NCBI GenBank assembly: GCA_012295275.1
Contig: CM022671.1
Coordinates: forward strand, 6,262,001-6,326,000
DNA: 64,000 nucleotides
DNA from: Chrysomallon squamiferum
Taxonomy: Eukaryota; Animalia; Mollusca
Direction: 5' to 3'
Shown piece after piece: positions 1 to 13,591 of this stretch. Below the pieces are notes generated by a model. It ran no database searches. It had not been told where the DNA came from and saw only the letters and a list, made by a program, of their open reading frames with translations. Every line of letters starts with the position of its first letter. Positions within the stretch are counted from its first letter, which is position 1. A program made the translations under genes and the position numbers.

Positions 1-219
1 ATGATGGTGGTGGTTTACAAAATGATAATTATTATAATAATACTTATACTTATGTTGATGGTAACTACACTGAAATAATGTTTTATATGAAGTAACAATA
101 ACAATAATAAATAAAAAAATATATAATAATAATAGATAAATAAATATATAAATAAAGAAATAAAATAAATTAACTAAATTATATATAAATATATATAAAT
201 AAATAATTAAATAAAACAC

Positions 220-2993
220 CTTGCGCCGGGTGACGCTAAAAGCTTGTTTACAGTTGTTACAGTCGTCAACATCGTCTTCATGTTGCCACCGAACTTCTGT
301 CTCTGCCTGTCTTATCTTCTCTAACTGAATCTAAACACAACAACACAACATTTTATAAATAAATACTTTACAAAAACTTAACTACCTACACCCTCAAACT
401 AGTAACAACGAAGAGTAAGAATAGTAAAAAAAAAAAAAAAAAAAAAAGGAGTAAAAAAGACATAACCAACATATCCACACACAAAAAACTTAATATTAAA
501 ACGATACTGTTATAAAGTGACAGAAAGTAAATAAATGATTCTTTTTATCAGTAACTGGTTATGTGTAAGCATGAATTTCTAAATTGCCTGCAGTAACTAG
601 TTACCTGTGATTTAATCAGTGACTAAATTATCCAGTGGTTTATGTCAGACTAAATTACTTGTAACCAATGATTTACATCACTGACTAAATTACCTGTAAC
701 AATGGTTTTACTTGTAACCAATGATTTACATCACTGACTAAATTACCTGTAACAATGGTTTACATCAGTGACTAAATTACCTGTAACCAGCGATTTACGT
801 CAGTTACTAAATTACCTGTAACCAGTGATTTACATCAGTGACTAAATTACCTGTAGTGACTGTGACAGTTTCACAAAGTCACGTTGAACTGCCTCGCTGT
901 TATCCAGGTCAGTTTGCAGTGAGTAAATCTGAGTTTTCAGTGACTGAATTTCATTTTCCAATTTCGACTGATTCCAAAAAAAACAAAAAAAATAAACAAT
1001 TAATTTGTAACAGCAAGATTAAAAATAACATGCATATCTGAAATTTTAATTAACAAAACATTTTATATGATTCACAGTAAACTGCATATCTTTAAAATTC
1101 ATTGAAAAAAATCAGTCATTAATAGTCTTTAGGACAGAGCTTTGAAAAAAAATGGTTCCAGCCTAATTCACTGTCAACAACATGATATAAAAATAAAAAT
1201 AAAATAAGAGAAAGAGAGAGAGATAGAGAGAAAGAGAGAGAGAGAGAGATACCGAGACAGAGAGAGATACACACACATACACAGACAAACAGACATATAC
1301 CTTTGTGTTGCCGTGTTCTTCGACTCTCTGCTGCAGACACTGTATGAGTTGTCTGGACTTGGCCTGGACACTTTTTAGCGAATGTTCCGCTTCTCTCAGT
1401 TTACTCTCACACTCAGCACGCACAGATGACTCTCTCTCTAGTTCTGACTTGATGCTTTCATTACATGCTGCAAATACACGCCATTTCAGTTACTTTAAGT
1501 CTTTGTCATATCTATATATGTATAAACTAGGTTATATCCTGGACTTCTGGTAAGTTATGTATAACACTGAAGTGTGTGGGTGTCAGTGTTTAAAAGAAGT
1601 GACAGATCTGACACTGAAATGACTACTGCAGAATATGTACTTCTCTCATAATGCTAAATATTTTAAAAGTTTGTTTTATATGGATAAAAATTTTACATAA
1701 AAAGACAACAGTTCTGAAAGTCATTTACAGTCACGAGGTTTTCTATTTTATTTTTTATTTTTTCATTACTATTTTTTTTTTTACTTTTTTTTTTTATTTG
1801 TTAATCATTTATGCTATTTTATGTTATTTATTTCGTTTATTTTTTATGTTATGTTGTGTTATGTTTACAAAGCACACTGACCTAGTTTTTCTTGAAGGGC
1901 GTGCAACTCATTGGTCAGTGTTTCCTCAATAGTTGTCTTCTCCTGCTGCTCACTGACGACCTGGTCTTTGAGAAAAAGAATTTCACTGTGCAGCGACTCC
2001 TCTGTGTGTTCCTTAGCAACCTTTGCCGAGATTATCTCTTCTCTGTACTTGAGTAACAGCAGCTGCATCTCCTGATTGTAACAAGTGATTAGTCAACAAA
2101 CAAGAAACAATCAATGTTTTGAGAAAATCTCAATATGTTTTATATATATATTTAAACTTATATATATATATTCATATATATTTATTTAAACTTATATATA
2201 TATATATATTCACTTTTTTGTAAGAGAAATGTGTTGCTGCCACTTTATCAACTACTCCTACTGATTAGTAATGATAATTTTTCTACCTGCACCATCCCAC
2301 ACACAGGATAACACAAACCATGTCCCTGATAAATTAGTTATTACATTTCAAAAATACATCCAAAAAAACAGTACCTTTCAGATTTAATTTTTTAATATAT
2401 ATTTAAAGACCTAAGTTATATTAGAGTGGTAAACTTGATATAAAAAAACATTTAAAGGATATATGAGCAGCATTTGTTTCACTTTTTAATCACAAACAGT
2501 AATTATATCAGAATTAAGTATCAGAATAATCCTTTAGAGTTTTCAAAGTTCATGTGAAGATTTCATGTGAAGCAAAGTAAAAAGTGATACCTCCATGTTT
2601 GTGGGTAGGTTGATGTCCTCATTCTGCATCTGCTGAGCTGTCTGTGAATGTTTTCCTACCAGCGTGTCGTTCTCCTTCTCCAGTCTCTTCAGCTAAAACA
2701 AAGTTTTCTGTTTATTATTTTTATCAGCAGTTAAAGTAGTTAACTTTAGTTAGATTTGTTTTTTTGTGAGCAGCAGTGAAAGTTTTACTTCCACACTCAG
2801 TCATCAGAGATTTACAAGTAATGAAAATGTTGATCTGTGACTTCCAAAAATGAGTTAAATAAATTTTTAATTTTTTTAATACAAGTAATTCAAATCTACG
2901 GTGATCAAATGAAAACTGTCATAAATGATGTTGAGATAAGACAGCTTTAAATATATAAATTATATTTAAATTTTTCTGTTTTGGAATTTGTTT

Positions 2994-3025
<32 letters not shown>

Positions 3026-3707
3026 CACTATTACAGATGGCAGAGTTGTTATAATGTTTTACCTCTTTCTGTATTTCTTCTCTTGATTCTGTCAAAGTTT
3101 TCTGTGAAACAAAACAACAGTTCAACAAACATATTTTATTAAGGAAAAAAAAACATCATCTAGAAGGATTATAAAAGAAAAAAAAAAAAAAAAAAAAATT
3201 AAAATAAAATAAAATTACAGTAATAATGACTTGTCCAGAAACCTAACCCAAAGATAATTTCTTGTTTTTGTTTATTTATCACTTCTTCGTGACCAGCACA
3301 ACCAGTTTAAAACTGTGAGTCAACATCTATGTGGTACATCAAAGTGTAAATAAGCTGACTCACCAGCTGATCCTGTAACTGTAGCTGTGACTGGACAAAT
3401 TCCTGTTTACATTCCTTGATGTACACCTCACAGTCAACAAGCTTGGTTGTCAGGTTGGAAATCTGAAAACAAATTATAATATAATAAAAAAAAAATTTAC
3501 TGTCAAAAAACAAAAAATATACAAAGAAATACATCCTGAGAAACTGAAAATTAGTTATTCAGGGATTGCAACATTATAAACAACAGCAGCCTCGAAGTCT
3601 TTCATCAGGCTTGTTAAAAACAGAAAACAACTTCTTGTGTATATATATATATATATGTGTGTGTGTGTATATATATATATATATACACACATATATATGT
3701 ATATATG

Positions 3708-3757
<50 letters not shown>

Positions 3758-5335
3758 CATACATATATATATATACATACATACATATATATATATATAC
3801 ATACACACACACACATACATCATATATATACACACACATCAGTTATGCTTGGGTTTACAATAGTGATTAGTCAATACAAACTAATGCACAGCTTTACTTG
3901 AAGACTTGTTAACCTATATTTTAAAATAAACTTGACGACACTGACCTGTCTTAGTGCATCCTCTGAGGCTTCTTTCAGAGCACTCTCCAGTTCGCCAATG
4001 TACTTCGTCAGATTTGATGTCACATGTCTCTCGGTCATCAGATGTCTCTCCAGTTTCGACTTCTCCCCCTTCTCCGTCTTCAGTTCCTCCTGCACCGTCT
4101 GCAGCTGTGTCTCGTAGTTAGTGCACATGTCACATGGCCGTCCCAGCTTCTCCCTCGCCATCTTCATCTGAAATCACGTCACGCGTCTACGTTATTCTCT
4201 TAACTACAACAGTTTTAAAATCTGCAGAATATCACTCAACTAATTTTGTGTTAATGTGTAAGATTAATAAATTTGTTTTACTATATCAAATTTGTTGTTA
4301 CCATCAACACCACAGTCATCATAAAATATAACTTATTTATTTAAACTTTTTGTTTCTGATTGTATCTCTTTCTGTAGTATCAGCACCATAATCATCATTA
4401 AATATTATTTATTTATCTATGTATTTTTTATATTTTTTTATAATTTTGATTTCTGATTGTACCTCTTCTTGTAGTAATCTCCACTCTTTGTCACTGACCA
4501 GTCTCTTGCCCTCCAGTGACCAGTGGTCAGACTTTGATTTAGCAGACGCCATCAGAGATCTTCTCACTTCAGCCTCAGGTGTTGGATCTGTTGAAGTAAC
4601 ATTTAGAATATAAAACACTTTAAACATTTTTCATATCAAACATTCTGTAACATTTTTCATATAAAATATTCTGTTACATTTTTCATATACAAAACACTTT
4701 TTTACATTTTTCATATCAAAAAATTCTGTCACATTTTCAGTGTAACAGAACACTGACTTGAGATGTGATCAGTCACAAGATCAACTCTTACCAGTGATTT
4801 TTCCCATTCTGCTAGCTGCCTTCAACTAATGCTTTCAACGACTGTAATGAATGCTTTATTATGGGAACACAAACATAAACAAAAAAATAATCTCCCCACT
4901 TTTAAAAACAAGTAGTCTGTAAAATACATTGTATTATATTAACTTCAACTTGAGGTAAAAACCAACATTTTTTTTTTTTTTTACATACTCTCCACAAAAA
5001 CTGAGAGTAGCCCCTGAAGACACCAACTGACCTGTAATGGATTTCATCTGAGCCTCTGTGAGTGAAGGGAGGTTGATGATTTTGTCTGGACTGATTCTCA
5101 CTGTCAGTCCGTCCACCTCACTCAGCAGGTGGGTGTCGTGGACACCACTGTCCAGGAGTTTCTCGTCCAAGTGGATGTCGGAACTGGACAGAGATTTCTT
5201 GATCTCGTCGTCAAACCGGATGTCCTCCGAGTTGAGAGACAGAGACGAAGGGCTGTGGGATTTGTCCACAGAGTCGGTTCTTGCTGTCTTCTGTAAATTC
5301 AGTGACATTCTGTAGTTTATTTTATCAGTGGGTAG

Positions 5336-5376
<41 letters not shown>

Positions 5377-5384
5377 TGAGAGAC

Positions 5385-5477
<93 letters not shown>

Positions 5478-8400
5478 ACACAAGTTGAACTAATTATAAG
5501 TATTCTTTCCTAACAGTCAAAACATTTCTATCTACAGTTATAGGGTAACAATAATAATATAACAATATTGAGATAGAGATATATAATACATATTTTCATC
5601 TTCAATATCTTAAATATATTTCCCAACAAACACACATCGATATAAGTGACATTAGGAATACATACATTTTAAAACATACCTGACAGTAGAACATCAAATG
5701 ACATTTAAAACCAAAAGTCTGACATTTTTCTAATCTATATGTTGTACTTTATGAATAGAGACAAAATAATCAATACAGATGTATCTGTACAACAATAAAA
5801 TTCATTAGTAAAAATCAATTTCTAATTTTGTTTCTTGTGTTCCAGTTTCTAAAGACCATTGTTGTTTCATTATTCCTGTGTTGTGTTGTTACAGAAAATT
5901 CTTTTGAAAACTAAAAAGTAAAATCTGTGCTGTTTTTAAATTACTGACCTGTTCACCTGTATCCCCAGTTTGTTCTGAAAATAAAAACAAATAATTACAA
6001 ATTATATACATTTAATTTTCACTACTAAACATAATAATCTACTTCATATGCTGGCAACATGGAAGAAAGAAAACAAAAACAAAAAGGAAAACCTAAATAT
6101 ATCTCAGGTTACTGTTCTGTAAATAAAGAAAAATAATTTGAAAAAAAAAAAGATTTAATTTTCACTGCTATATACAATAATCTATTCCATTTTAAACTGA
6201 ATGTAAAGCTGATTTGTGGTGATATGAAAAAAAAAGTGTCTAAATATATCTCAAGATATCTAAATATATATACATTTTTTTTGTTTTTTTATTGGTAATT
6301 GTTTTATGTCTTGTAATGATGAATATTTTTTTTGTGATTGATTTTTGTTGGTATTTTCTTTTTTTTTGATTGGTTCCTCAATAATTTTTAATAATACTTA
6401 AGTACCCTTTCTTGAATGACTTTTTACTAACATATGTCAAGAACCTTATTAAGAATTAATAATTTTAGAAAGATTATTTATGACACATACCAGTAACAGA
6501 TATAAAATCTGAGCTGTTGTAAATTAACGTTTGTTTCAAAATTATTTATATTATATAACAGGCACAAAGTCCGTAAAGACTGAGCTCTGGATTACCTGCT
6601 CTAGACAGACTGTGTTTGCGTCTTTCTTCCTGCTGTTTTTCTTGTTTCTCTCTCGCCTCCTCCAGCTCCTTCACCTTCTTCTCCTGAGCCTCTCTCTCAT
6701 GATCTTTTATCTGTTGTTCTAAACACAAACACAAATCTCTTAAATATTATAAATCAGTTAAATAGTCTAATATTTGTAAATATTATAATTAAACAAATAT
6801 GACAATGACAATGATAATAATGATAATGATGATGGTAATGAAGATGAATATATTACTGACATTCTAGTCAATAAAACTAATAACAACTACGAATTAAATA
6901 TCATTTTACCTTATTACTTCAATAGGACTAAAACAGTAGTCTTATAAAAACTATAATAATGTAGATAAGCACAATTTTAACACATAAGCACAAATTTTAA
7001 AACACTAACAAACAAAACTACACACAGACACACTCATACAAACATACACCCTATGCATACAGGTAAAACATTAATGAACAAAACTACATACTCACACACA
7101 CACACACACATACAAACACCCTATGAATACAGGCAAAACATTAACAAAGAAAACTACACACATTCAAACATACAGATCTGTCTTGTGTTTACTCACCTGC
7201 AACTTGCCGCTGCTGTTCAGCTGTCAGTACTGCTTCGATTCTTCTCATGTCCATCATCATCAGTCGCTGAGATTCTAAAAACTGGTCATTGGCCATCTGC
7301 CACGTTTGTCTGAGAGCATCGTGACTCTGTTTCTCTTCTTCCAACAGTCGACACACTGACACAAACAACAAACAACAAACAACAGAATGTAAATATTGAG
7401 CTGAATGAAAGAATATTTGTGAAGGAGAAAATTCTTGAAGTAAGTAAAGTACGAAACAGAATATTTTAGACAAAACAGACTAATAACTAGTAACAGGAAC
7501 ATCAGAAATCAATTCAGAATATCATGTTAATCAGAACTTCCACATTACTGATATGTTTGTCATCAAGTTTTTGTGATGGTGATTTATAAGAATGTTAAGA
7601 AACATGCTACTGCTACATCATTGATACTAATATCAGTTAGCAGTAACTATTCTGTTACACACACCTTCCCATCATTTGCACAAGTTTAATACATGTGATA
7701 CTCATAATAAAATAAAAATATTTATATCATGTTATACTGGAAATGAAAAAAAAAAATCAAAAGAAATTTTAAGAAAATGATGCCACACCTTCATGTAACT
7801 CTTTTCTTCCTTTGTCATTTTCTTCTTGTAAAACATTTTTCTGCATTGTTAAAACAGCGACATACATTTCCAGATCCTTCCTGGCTGCTTTTTCAGCTTT
7901 CAAGTATTTAAACAATTGTAGAACCTGCAAACACAACACACTTTACAGTGACATCAGTACAAGTTGTAGTTGGAAATGACTTTGTCCTTCCATTTATCAG
8001 TTGGTAGAAAAACTAATTACTTAAACCTTGACTTGAAAATGTTACTTCAATTTACCAAGTTTGAAATGAACTCATTACCTGAATCAGTATTTGAAAAGCT
8101 GATAATCAATCAATTATTAACTTGACCATTTTATAAGATGACTTTTGAAGGGGAAAGTTCAGTTTTGAAATGAATTAAATCAATGTTTAAGAAGTATTTA
8201 TCTGTGTTTGAAATCAGTTTACCTTTTCATCTGGATCCTTTATGCTGTTGAGATCAGGTAAGGAGGGCGACTTTTTGTCTTCAGGAAACAAAGAACTGTT
8301 CACTGCAGACTGTAACACATTTTAACTTTTTAATTTTACCAAACACACACACACACACACACAGATCCCTTCACAACCAGATCATAGAATCTATTTTAAT

Positions 8401-11400
8401 AATTAATAATAACTAGGTATTTTTGTGTCACAAGTATATTTTATGTTATAAAAATATGTTCAGGATTATTGAAGAAACCAATTACTGAAAGAAAAAAAAA
8501 ATAATAATAAAAACAGAACTCTTCAGGCAAACTAAAATTTAAAATTCATTTTACTCAGTGTAAATTTCTTAATTATTTTATTACTCAGTTCACAACAGAA
8601 ACTGTTATAAAACAATGGTTAATTTCTGTGTATTTTTTTTTTTATTATAAAACAGATCAAACCTGTGATTCTAACTGTTTAATTTTTTCATCAGCTTCAG
8701 AAAGTTTGGTTTTCAGTGTTGATATTTCTTCTTCCAGGGGTAAAACCACAGACTTGAGAACCTGGGCATCTTCTTGAGCCTGGTAATACACAGATTGTTA
8801 CTAATAATATGGTCAACAATACACTAATACAGTGATTAAAATATAAATATTATTTATACATAGATTATTGCTGTTACAGCTGGCAATGATTAAAATGCTT
8901 GTCCACCATCAAAGTTAGTGTTTTGTTCTCGTTTCACTGGTGATATTGATTAAATACATGATACATTTTTCAAACTCACTGTTTCATTTGTTTGTTAAGA
9001 ACATAAAGCTTTGATAACAAATTACATAGTTGTTTTCGGGATCTATTTACAAGGATTAATCACGTTTCTGTAGTTATTGTTACAGACCAAAAATACTTTA
9101 TAATTGTCATGGTGATTAATTTAATTATTTCACATCAGTGGATCTCTATAACGCAAGCTGTTAGTCTAAAATATTTTTGTTGCTAATAAATATTTTGTAT
9201 GCTTTAAAGTGATGGTTTATTTTTGTTTTAAATAATAATAAAACTGATGTTTATATAGCACAGTTTAAATTAATAATGTTTAATGCACCTGATACAAAAT
9301 GTATGTGTAATGACTGGAATAAATAATTTAAACATAGTTTAAATGTTTGTGTTACTCTTTTAAATTTTATTATTATTTATTTATTTATTTATTAAAGTGG
9401 TTCTAATGCATAAATATATTTTAATATATAAAGTACTTATCCATTAAAAAAAAAAAAAAAATCTCTGAAGCACTTGGTAGAAGTGGAAATCGGAGTAAAC
9501 TTCCAGCAGTCATTAATGTCTGATCTATATTCAGACAGAACAACTACTAAAACTAGTTCACCTTTCTCATGCTGTCTTCCAGGTTTTCATGTTCTTGCTC
9601 CAGCTCTGTACTTGTTAATAGGAGTGATGTGACCTCCGACCTTTTTCAGTGACTTGGCAACAGATGCCAAAATTCCTTCCCTAATGAAGTAAAATAAATT
9701 TGACATTTCCTGCAGTTTTCATCAGATATTTTAAATTTATAAATACTAAACTAATTAAGGCACTTAACTGTTTGGTGTTTTTTGGGATGGGTTTTTGAGA
9801 GAGTATTTAAAAACAATTGATTGTGTGTGTGTGTGTGTGTGTGTGTGAGAGCGAGTATGAGTGTAAGTATGAGTGTGAGTATGAGTGTGAGTGCGAGTGT
9901 GAATTTGTGTGTTACACGTAATACTAATTACCTTTCTTGACTTAGTTTGTTTCTTAATTCTTGAATTTCTTCTTCATATTTTTCATTCAGTTTTGTCAGG
10001 TGAGCTCTCTCGTTTTCATACTGAATAGCTGTTGTCCGTGAAGCCTCATCTGCCACTTCTGTACAAAATTTAAATTATTGTCCAACCAAAATACACACAA
10101 TTTATGTATTTACTAGCAATGTATACATTCTGTAACACATATCTCTTATCTCTCTCTCTCGTTTTTGTGAACATTCTTTCCCCATGTGTCAAAAGTGAAT
10201 TAAACAGCAGCACAGGTCTACAGACTATTAATGACTGATATTTTTGTTTTAATGAATTTTAAAGACTTGAATATGTGCAGTTTACTGTGAAATGTGTCAC
10301 AGTCAGTTTAAATTTTTTTTTAGATGATGTAAATCATGTCACAGACAGTTTAAAATATTTTAGATGATGCAGTTCACTGTGAATCATCTCAGTCAGTTTA
10401 AAATATTTTAGATGATGTAAATCATGTCACAGTCAGTTTAAAATATTTTAGATGATGCACTTTACTTGTGAATCACATGTCACAATCAGTTTTAAAATCA
10501 TTTACTTGTGAATCATGTCAGTTTAAAATATTTTAGACAATGCAGTTTATTGTGAATCATGTCAGAGTCAGTTTAAAATATTTTAGATTATGTAAATCAT
10601 GTCAGAGTCAGTTTAAAATATTTTAGATGATGCAGTTTACTTGTGAATCATGTCAGAGTCAGTTTAAAATATTTTAGACAATGCAGTTTATTGTGAATCA
10701 TGTCATAGTCAGTTTAAAATATTTTAGACAATGCAGTTTACTGTGAATCATGTCAGTCAGTTTAAAATATTTTAGATTATGAATCATGTTACAGTCAGTT
10801 TAAAATATTTTAGATGATGCAGTTTACTTGTGAATCAGGTCACAGTCAGTTTAAAATATTTTAGATTATGTAAATCATGTCACAGTCAGTTTAAAATATT
10901 TTAGATTATGTAAATCATGTCACAGTCAGTTTAAAATATTTTAGATTATGTAAATCATGTCACAGTCAGTTTAAAGTATTTTAGATGATGCAGTTTACTT
11001 TTGAATCATGTCTCAGTCAGTTTAAAGTATTTTAGATGATGTGGAATAGTCAAGAAGATACAGTTTACCTTTCATGACATGCTGCATGCTGTCCACCTCC
11101 TGTTTGTAAAATCTCTCCACCTCTTCAATCTCGTCGTGTCTGCTGGTCTCCGACACTGCCGCGGCCGTCCTCACCCCCTCCAGCTCCGAACTCACCTTCT
11201 CCAGCTGCTCCTCCAGGCTCAAAACCTTCTTTTCCCATTCCAACCTCTTCTCCCGTTCCTGCTTCAACTCCTCTGTTTTATTGCAAAAAAAAAAAAAAAA
11301 TTTGTTATCTACTTTTCCCTTTTTTCAATTTCAATATTTCCAGCAATGAAATTCTGTTATCTATTATACAAATGTATAAGCAGCTGCAGTTGTTTATTTT

Positions 11401-11800
11401 GGTTAGTTGGAGTATGGGTGTGTTTTCAGGGGCATTTTGTTATTTATTTTTATACTGATATGACAATGTCTTGTGTGTAAGATATTTTCTAAAAAGATTT
11501 CTAATATTTTTTTTTTAAATAAATATTTTGTCTTTATTTAAAATGCTCTCAAAGAAATCTCAGCATAACTAACATCAAAAATGAATGTTACTTTTAACAC
11601 ATTTATTTAGGAAATACTTTACTGACCTTCTTTCTGTAAAAATAGTTCTTTGAGTTTTGCCCGTTTCAATCCAAATTCACTTTCAGCCAATTCCTTCTCC
11701 TTGAGCAGTTTCTTTTCATTTTCTTGAACCAGTGACAGCTGTTGTCTCAACATAGACACTTCATCTACAATTAAATAAATAAATAAATAATCTATATATG

Positions 11801-11846
<46 letters not shown>

Positions 11847-13080
11847 AACAGATATAGATGCATATACACACACACACAAAAATTATCATACAATTCTACA
11901 TATAAGATAAGACCTAGTTCAGAGGCATAACATTAATCTAATCAGTACTTAATTCTTGTTAGTTAACATTTACATTTCATACTGTGGGTATAGTAGTGAC
12001 AGCAAGTCAGTTTTACCTCTATGAACATTTTTTTTTTTTTTTTTTTTTTTTTTTCATTATAACACAATTTTCCTGTAATACACAGTTAATGAAACATCCG
12101 ACTTATTTATTTTGTTTTGTTAATTCAAGCCTCCTCCATCCAATCAGGCCTGAATTTAAACTTGACACACCTAATCTGAGAGAAGCTGAAGTTCAACTGT
12201 CAAACCAGTGAACTCTAATTCTGGGCATTTATCCACTACTTATCTTTATTTTACTGCTTGAAATGATGATGCTGTTAAACTTGAAAATTAAAAAAAATGA
12301 ATAAACAAAATAAAATTAATCTACAGAAATCAAAATTCATTGATCATGATCTGGTCACCCCATTAATCCTCCTACTTACAACCAGGTATTAATGAACATC
12401 TGATTTATCATGGGCTATTATTGCATGTGTTTTCTTGTTTATGGGAAAAGACATATAAAATATTTATTTTTGTTAACAGATAACATTTGGCTGTGGAAGA
12501 GCAACAACAGGTTTCCCCTGTCATGTCATATTAAAAACAAAATAAAAATAATAAAAAATAAAAAGCTCATTGGCTGTAACTGTTGAAAAAATATGAGAAG
12601 GTGTTAACCATTCATCTTAATATTAATAAATTATGAACATTTCTTGTTTAATCTTAATTAAGATAAAAAAAAATAAAAAATCATTTTTACTGGTATGCAA
12701 TATCATAAATATGAATATCTTAAACTACATTATTTATTATAACACGTTGTAGTTTTGTTTTGTTTTTTTTTTTTCAGATATGATAATCATAATGATAATG
12801 CAAGTGCAATTTCGGCTTATAATTTATATATGATTACTGAATGAAACAGCAAACAAAATAACGAAATAGTAATTTCAACGTAAATCATTGATTGTAATCA
12901 TGAAATGATGTATCACTGCATGGTCATGATCATGATGATGGTGTAAATAAATGTTATAAATATGTTGATGACATTAGAAATATTTATGATAATGCCTTGC
13001 AAAAAAAACTCTAAAAAATCCTGACCTGTGTCTATTGCCGACTCAAGAGGGCCAAACTCATTTTCTTCGTTTTCAGCCAT
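220..13080 (-). CDS. RABEP1: Rabaptin-5 / Rab GTPase-binding effector protein 1 with C-terminal FYVE domain; at least 21 coding exons, 3' end beyond the left edge of the window
   Basis: GT-AG exons in transcript order: 13026-13080 ([13 protein letters not shown]), 11627-11764, 11069-11272, 9932-10058, 9562-9680, 8663-8779, 8223-8309, 7789-7924, 7197-7355, 6596-6718, 5949-5974, 5032-5290, 4463-4587, 3946-4167, 3364-3462, 3063-3101, 2591-2692, 1882-2071, 1301-1467, 851-967, 220-330. Rabaptin motifs: [100 protein letters not shown], Rab5-binding [27 protein letters not shown], then FYVE start [24 protein letters not shown]. Phases are consistent except for one extra base in exon 9562-9680. Confidence 0.93.
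590..855. repeat. Minisatellite, about 35-bp unit (ctgtaaccagtgatttacatcagtgactaaattac), about 7 copies
   Basis: Direct tandem copies immediately inside the RABEP1 intron that follows exon 851-967. Confidence 0.85.
4605..4740. repeat. Short tandem repeat, about 27-bp unit (acatttttcatatcaaacattctgt), about 5 copies
   Basis: Repeated acatttttcatat...ttctgt next to the acceptor of RABEP1 exon 4463-4587. Confidence 0.7.
10270..11040. repeat. Minisatellite with mixed short (about 36-39 bp) and long (about 48-50 bp) units (aatcatgtcacagtcagtttaaaatattttagat...), about 17-18 copies
   Basis: Core cagtcagtttaaaatattttagat recurs throughout, in RABEP1 intron 3. Confidence 0.9.
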
Positions 13081-13553
13081 TTTACAAATTAATATAATAA
13101 TATTTCCATGTCTTTTTTAATGCAACATCGTCCTGCATCTAACGTCACTGTACTAAAAAGCGCCGTCTATTATTGGAAATGCATTTCCTGTTTATTTTTC
13201 AAGGGAGATAAGCATGATGTGAATGAAAGAAAAATTCTTTTAATTCATTATTAGTTGACTTGTTGCGTTTCTTACTGTTTAATGAAATTTGTAAATACAA
13301 GAAGTTATTATGTTTAATATTAATATTACAAAAAATATTTTATTTTAAATTATATTTATAGATTGAGTTAGTAAAATCATAAATTTCATTTAACTCTTGA
13401 ATTTAATTGAGTCTTCATACTGTGAATCGTATCATTTCGGAAAACTACCAGTCTTAAATCTGATGATATATTTCCAACTATGAAATTTTATACACAAATT
13501 TGGCATTGTAAATATATTTCTAGATAAAAAATAAACCCGTAGTAGCGTGCATG

Positions 13554-13591
<38 letters not shown>

